Source of the DNA: the human T2T-CHM13v2.0 reference genome, Homo sapiens
NCBI RefSeq assembly: GCF_009914755.1
Contig: NC_060928.1
Strand: one strand, 5' to 3'
Length of the DNA: 64,000 nucleotides
The position numbers and the translations under genes are program-made. Positions 57,802 to 64,000 of this stretch are shown piece by piece. The notes beneath the pieces were generated by a model. That model was not told where the DNA came from. It saw only the letters and a list, made by a program, of their open reading frames with translations, and did not search any database. Each line of letters opens with the position of its first letter. Position 1 is the first letter of the stretch.

Positions 57802-58284
57802 GTTTTCCCTTTGGGGTCATTCAGAATTCCGTTTTCCCTTTGTCTGCACTAAGCTGCAATTTTGAATCCACATGGTGCAGTTACGAAGGAGGAGTAGGGA
57901 AATTGGATAAACAAAGTGGAACAGAGAGAGCTAGGAGCCAGAGGAGTGTGTTTGATACAGCACTCTCCTCTTTATAGCAGAAAATCAGACACCCCATCAG
58001 TCACAGCAAAGGGGCTCACTGTGCCTTGCATTTCTAGTCCACTCAATAACAATCAGCATTGATTGAGCATCTCCCTGTGTCAGGCACTAAGCTGGGGCTG
58101 ATGGGGTGGCAGTGATAAATAAAACTTGACTCTTACCTCTGCTGAGAGGCAGTATAGGGAAGCGGTTATGACACAGCCTTTGGGATCAGACAGACTATTC
58201 CTTAGCAGCTCTGTATACTTGGACTTATTAGTTGACTGTTCTTTGCCTTAGTTTCCTCGTCTTTAAGGTGAGAATGAATAGTAT

Positions 58285-59032
58285 TGTGTCCAGAAGCTGC
58301 AGACCTTCGCAGTGAGTGTCAGAGCTCTTAAAGGTGACATGTCCAGAGTTGTTCATTCCTCCCAGTGGCTTCATGGTCTCACTGACTTCAGGAGTGAAGC
58401 TGCAGACCTTCACAGTGAGTGTTACAGCTCTTAAACATGGCACGTCCAGAGTTGTTTGTTCCTCCTGGTGGGTTCATGGCCTTGCTGGCTTCAGGAGTGA
58501 AGCTGCAGACCTTTGCCATGAGTGTTACAGCTCATAAAGGTAGCATGGACCCAAAGAGTGGGCAGCAGCAAGATTTATTGCGAAGAGCAAAAGAAGAAAG
58601 CTTCCATGGCATGGAAGGGGACCTGAGTGGGTTGCTGCTGCTGTCTTGGGTGGCCAGCTTTTATTCCCTTATTTGGCCCCCCCCACCCCATGTCCTGCTG
58701 ATTGGTCCATTTTACAGAGCGCTGATTGGTCCATTTTACAGAGTGCTGATTGGTCCGTTTTTACAGAGTGCTGATTGGTGCATTTACAAACCTTTAGCTA
58801 GACACAGAGCACTGATTGGTGCATTTTTACAGAGTGCTGATTGGTGCGTTTACAAACCTTTAGCTAGACACAGAGCACTGATTAGTGCATTTTTACAGAG
58901 TGCTGATTGTTGTGTTTACAAACTTTTAGCTAGACACAGAGCACTGATTGGTGTGTTTACAATCCTTTAGCTAGACAGAAAAGTTCTCCAAGTCCCTACC
59001 TGACCCAGAAGTCCAGCTGGCTTCACCTCTCA
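58285..59032 (-). mobile_element. LTR12 (ERV9) LTR, inverted, with shortened U5 repeats
   Basis: The minus strand starts TGAGAGGTGAAGCCAGCTGG and ends TTCTGGACACA; tandem CCAAT repeats; GGAATAAAAG TATA-like at ~58658-58667. Confidence 0.9.
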
Positions 59033-60450
59033 ATAGACAGAAAGAGAGAGAGAGGAAGAGACAGAGACAAAAAGGGAGTCAGAAAGAGAGAGACAGAGAG
59101 AGGAAGAGAGACAAAGAGGGAGTCAGAGAGAAAGAAAGTAAGAGACAAAGTCAAAGACAGAGAGGGAGAGACAGACAAAAAAGGGAGTCAGAAAGAGAGA
59201 GACAAAGAAGAAGTCAAAGAGAAAGAGAGAAGTAGTAAAGAAAAAATAGTGTACTCTATTCCTTTAAAAGCCAGGGTAAATTTAAAACCTATAATTGATA
59301 ATTGAAGGTCCTCTCTGTAACCCTATAACACTCCAATACCATTTTGTTGTCAGTGTAAACAAGGGAGTAGCCCGACAGCACTGAGGCCACTGACAACCTG
59401 TAGCCTTCCTATCAAAAATCTTTAAACCAACAAGTTTCCTAACAGGGGATCTAAATCTTAATTAATTACCATACAAAGTTCCTACCAGATCTAGGAGGAG
59501 CTCAGAACAGGACAATAGATGTTTCCTCCAGGGTGATTAAGGGAAAAAGACACAATGGGTATTCAGTAGGTAATAAGGAAACTCTTGTAGAAGCAGAGTT
59601 AGGAAAATTGCCTAATAATTGGTCTGTTCGAACGTGCGAGTTGTTTTGCACTCAGCCAAACCTTAAAGTACTTACAGTATCAGGAAGGAGCCATCTATAC
59701 CAACTCTAAGTTAATATGGACTGAACGAGGTCTTATTAATAGCAAAGAATAATTGAAATCCCAAACTTACAAGTTTTTCAACAAAAGTAAAGTTTGCTAA
59801 AAGTTAACAGTGTAACATGTATTATCCTACTACCACACACTCTCAAGGGATCTCTCAGTTTACAAGAAACAGTGAAATCTATCCTTACTCTACAATCCCA
59901 AATAGACTCTTTGACAGCAGTGACACTCCAAAACCTCTGAGGCCTAGACCTCATCACTGCTGAGAAAGGAGGACTCTCCACCTTCTTAGGGGAAGAGTGT
60001 TGTTTTTACACTAACCAATCAGGGATAGTACGAGATGCCTCCCAGCATTTACAGGAAAAGGCTTCTGAAATCAGACAATGCCTTTCAAACTCTTATACCA
60101 ACCTCTGGAGTTGGGCAACATGGCTTCTCCCCTTTCTAGGTCCCGTGGCTGCCATTTGCTATTACTCGCCTTCAGGCCCTGTATTTTTAACCTCCTTGTC
60201 AAATTTGTTTCCTCTAGAATCGAGGCCGTCAAGCTACAGATGGTCTTACAAATGGAACCCCAAATGAGCTCAACTTCTACTGAGGACCCCTGGACCAACC
60301 CACTGGCCCTTTCACTGGCCTAAAGAGTTCCCCTCTGGAGGACACTACAACTGCAGGGCCCCTTCTTCGCTCCTATCCAGCAGGAATTAGCTAGAGCAGT
60401 CATCGCCCAATTCCCAACAGCAGTTGGGGTGTCATGTTTAGATGGGGGAT
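59033..60450 (+). mobile_element. ERV9-type internal remnant (GA-rich tract, env transmembrane pseudogene, polypurine tract)
   Basis: From 59881 reads [51 protein letters not shown] (immunosuppressive domain; in-frame stop at 59938-59940); PPT-like agatgggggat before the LTR. Confidence 0.85.
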
Positions 60451-61372
60451 TGAGAGGTGAAGCCAGCTGGGCTTCTGGGTCAGGTGGGGACTTGGAGAAC
60501 TTTTCTGTCTAGCTAAAGGATTGTAAACACACCGATCAGTGCTCTGTGTCTAGCTAAAGGTTTGTAAATGCACCAATCAGCACTCTGTAAAAACGCACCA
60601 ATCTGCGTTCTGTGTCTAGCTAAAGGTTTGTAAACACACCAATCAGCACTCTGTAAAAATGCACCAATCAGTGCTCTGTGTCTAGCTAAAGGTTTGTAAA
60701 TGCACCAATCATCTCTCTGTAAAAATGGACCAATAAGCACTCTGTAAAATGGACTAATCAGCACTCTGTAAAATGGACCAATCAGCAGGATGTGGGCAGG
60801 GCCATATAAGGGAATAAAAGCTGGCCACCCAAGACAGCAGCAGCAACCCGCTCTGGTCCCCTTCCATGCCATGGAAGCTTTCTTCTTTTGCTCTTCGCAA
60901 TAAATCTTGCTGCTGCTCACTCTTTGGGTCCACACTACCTTTATGAGCTGTAACACTCACCACGAAGGTCTGCAGCTTCACTCCTGAAGCCAGCAAGACC
61001 ACGAACCCACCAGGAGGAAAAATAACTCCGGACGCGCCACCTTTAAGAGCTGTAACACTCACTGTGAAGGTCTGCGGCTTCACTCCTGAAGTCAGTGAGA
61101 CCACAAACCCACAGAAAGGAACAAACAACTCTGGACGTGCCACCTTTAAGAGCTCTAACACTCATTGCGAAGGTCTGCAGCTTCACTCCTGAAGTCAGCG
61201 AGACCACAAACCCACCAGAAGGAAGAAACTCCAGACACATCTGAACATCTGAAGGAACAAACTCCAGACACACCATCTTTAAGAACTGTAACACTCACTG
61301 CGAGGGTCCACGGCTTCATTCTTGAAGTCAGCGAGACCAAGAACCCACCAGAAGGAACTAATTCTGGACACA
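60451..61372 (+). mobile_element. LTR12 (ERV9) 3' LTR, complete
   Basis: TGAGAGGTG...TTCTGGACACA; U3 CCAAT repeats, TATA-like ggaataaaag at 60811, aataaa at ~60899, ~72-bp U5 repeats. Confidence 0.92.
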
Positions 61373-63584
61373 GTAGCACCTCTTTAAAAGATTGTTTAGT
61401 GAGTTAATGAAATAATCCATGTAAAGCATCTATGGCAGATAGGAGAATCTTCAACAAATATTAGCTACAATTATTATCCATAAATGGAAGCTCTCAATCT
61501 AGGGAGGAAAAAGGCACACAGTAGGCATGTCAGCCTATCTGGGTAGTACTGTGTCAGGTACAGGGCATTCTGATCAAAGAACTTAGAGGAAGAAGGCTTT
61601 GTAGAGAGATGTTTAGAAACAAAAGTGATCACTTTGGCAAACAGACCAAAAAACTCACTTGGGCACTCCATTGTTCTTTGTTTAATGCCATGAATATAAG
61701 TGAATACGAGTTTGATTTAAAAAAAATAAATCTCAAGTCTTCTACCAAGACTTGAGGACTACAATGCATTTAACTATTCAATTGGATGTAGTCTGTCAAC
61801 ATATATACATAAACTATATTTTTCTAGAATTGTCAAAGGAACAACATTATTGTCTGTTTCTAACTACACCAATTATGCAGGTGTAGAGAGTCCTGCTAGG
61901 GGTGCACTACTCCACCTATCAGAGAGGTGAGAAAGGTTTTTCATTTCCTCATTGTGGTCTTATGGTGATTGAGTAGGCATCACTTCTAGAAAATCGCCAT
62001 CACTCTGCTCACCCACTTTGTGGAGAGCAGTGTAAAGGAAGGAAGTCTAGCTACTTAGTCTGGATAACATCAAGGAGTTCACCTGTTGCAACCAATTTGA
62101 AAGACTCATTGGATTGGCCTGTTTACAGAGTGATGGACAGACATGGTAGGGTATCAGAAATAATTTGAATTCCTAATATATTGGTGGTTTATTTATGAGG
62201 CATAAATTTGCAGGAAGTTAATGGCCATAATTTATTGAGCACCTACTATGTTTTCAGAACTCAGAGTTTTCCACACATTGTTACACAGAATCCTTAGTGC
62301 AATCATACAAGGAAGGTATTATTATTAGTCTCATTTTATAGATGAGGTAAGAGAAGCTCAAAAGTTGTAGATCTCTAAATGTGCTTTTTAAGTCAGAGAT
62401 GTTGGCTTCAAGAACAGAACTGCAGTCAGGCTAGTGTTAATGAGTTTTATAGTATAATATAACAGACAGTCACAGAAACATCAAAGGACAAGAAGTGGGT
62501 GGTATATCTTGAGCAACTGGACATCAGGGGCTGTCTCTCCTCATTGCTTCTCTCTTTTTCTTTTTCTCTTTCTGAGTACACTCTGGCCCTGACTCTTCTA
62601 TCTTTTAGCTAGAGTCTCTCGATCACACAGTTGAGTCAGGGGTCCAACCTGGGTCTGATGTCTGGCCATGAAGCAATCAGTGAAAACCAGAGGGTTGAGG
62701 TTATGCAGGTGTAGAAAGCCACATCATTTTCAAAGGTGTCACAAAGCTAGTAAATGGCAGAGGCAGAATGCCAAGTCACATCTGTCTGATGCCCATATTC
62801 TTTCCACTAAAAAAAAAGGAGTGGGGCTGGAAAGAGTTTGAGTACGACTTTCGGCTATCTACCCTGAATGATAGCTCCACACTGCACAAGGCTTGAGGAA
62901 AAACACTGTAACTGGCAAGGAGCTCAGAAGCAATACTCTTCAAATTCCTCATTTTATTGGCCAAATGACTTGGCAAGACAATGTGGTTAATATTTATTTA
63001 AATATATTTGGATAAGGAAAATACAGGATTGTTCTCACAGTTCCATAGTCTAACATCTTTCAAATATTGTGAGGTTGAGGCAGGCTGAGGAGCAAAAAGT
63101 CTAAGCTTCTAGGGCCGTATGTTTAATCTACCCAAATCCAACACCACAAATCAAGTATTCATTTCACTTTGACATTGAAACCAAAGTTGGTGAGAGAGTT
63201 AAAGTTGTCTCCTCTACCCTTGGGTTAGAAAATATTTTTCCAACTTGGTCCTAATTCTCTCATAAAACACATATATACAGAGTGTTGGAAATGCTTGTTC
63301 ATATCTCTCCCTGTGAAAGTTTTTGGGAAATAATCTGAGAAAAGCCAAAAGACAAAGTTGTACACATATTCCTGGCAGCTTCCTCTGAGTACCAAACTAA
63401 AAAAACTTAATGCTCAGCAAACGGTTTAGTGAAATATTATAGACTGGTATAAGAAAATGCTATGCCAATAATCATTTTAACATGATGGAGAAAAAATATT
63501 ATATAATAATTTAAAATAATAAAAAATGGCATGAATTCCACAATTTCAACAATAAAAGAATATATACAAATGATGGGTACCATC

Positions 63585-63953
63585 TGATTTGGTTTGACTC
63601 TGTGATTCCACCCAAATCTCACCTTGAATTGTAATCCCGATGATCCCCATGTGTCAAGGGTGGGACCAGATGGAGGTAATTGGATCATGGCAGTGGTTCC
63701 CCCATGCTGTTCTCATGATGAATGAGTCTCATGAGATCTGATGGTTTTATAAGCATCTGGCATTTCCCCTGCTGCACTCACTCTGTCCTGCCACCCTTTT
63801 AAGAAGGTGTCTGCTTCTCCTTTGCTTTCCACCATGACTGTAAGTTTCCGAGGCCTCCCCAGCAATGCAGAAGTATGAGTCAATTAAACCTCTTTCCTTT
63901 ATAAATTACACAGTCTCAGATATTTCTTTATAGTGTGAGAAGAGACTAATAAA
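63585..63953 (+). mobile_element. THE1-type MaLR solo LTR
   Basis: tgatttggtttgactctgtg...caaatctcaccttgaattgtaat...gagtcaattaaacctctttcctttataaatta; 5-bp flanks ccatc/ccgtc. Confidence 0.85.
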
Positions 63954-64000
63954 CCGTCTATATATTGAAAATAGTTTTTTAAGGATGAAGAATCTACAGT

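Noticed and set aside
58419-58970. Repetitive ORFs of 183 aa here and 147/135 aa at 60513-61161
   Set aside because: Antisense readings of LTR12 tandem repeats, not genes.
59800-60330. Syncytin-like captured env
   Set aside because: In-frame stop in the immunosuppressive domain, first Cys of CX6CC lost, and SU region missing.
60500-61360. Regular ~40-bp and ~72-bp repeats resembling a CRISPR-like array
   Set aside because: No unique spacers and no cas genes; these are the standard U3 and U5 tandem repeats of LTR12.

Overview
Primate (human-type) genomic DNA from the class I alcohol dehydrogenase cluster. It contains two complete 9-exon genes on the minus strand: ADH1B (CDS 12625-26112) and ADH1C (CDS 41505-57430). 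Each splices with GT-AG introns to 1128 nt (375 aa + stop). The alleles read here are ADH1B Arg48/Arg370 and ADH1C Gly78/Arg272/Ile350. Most of the window is an old tandem duplication (4280-10448 ~ 28392-34013, and 10450-27490 ~ 39704-61885), so each copy can serve as an empty-site control for the other. Repeats include L1PB, L1PA2, many Alus, a MER9 LTR, MaLR LTRs and an ERV9/LTR12 remnant. I see no new protein-coding system. The most unusual structures are: (i) an ERV9 insertion whose left LTR12 is inverted inside a single 4-bp target-site duplication and points at ADH1C; (ii) a ~460-bp micro-inversion between paralogous copies, bounded by 11-bp inverted repeats; (iii) a candidate duplication junction at ~10448; (iv) a probable gene-conversion tract in intron 5; and (v) an ADH1C-only 29-bp duplication carrying the DR5 retinoic acid element. 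Repeat subfamily calls and identities were judged by eye and need RepeatMasker or alignment confirmation.
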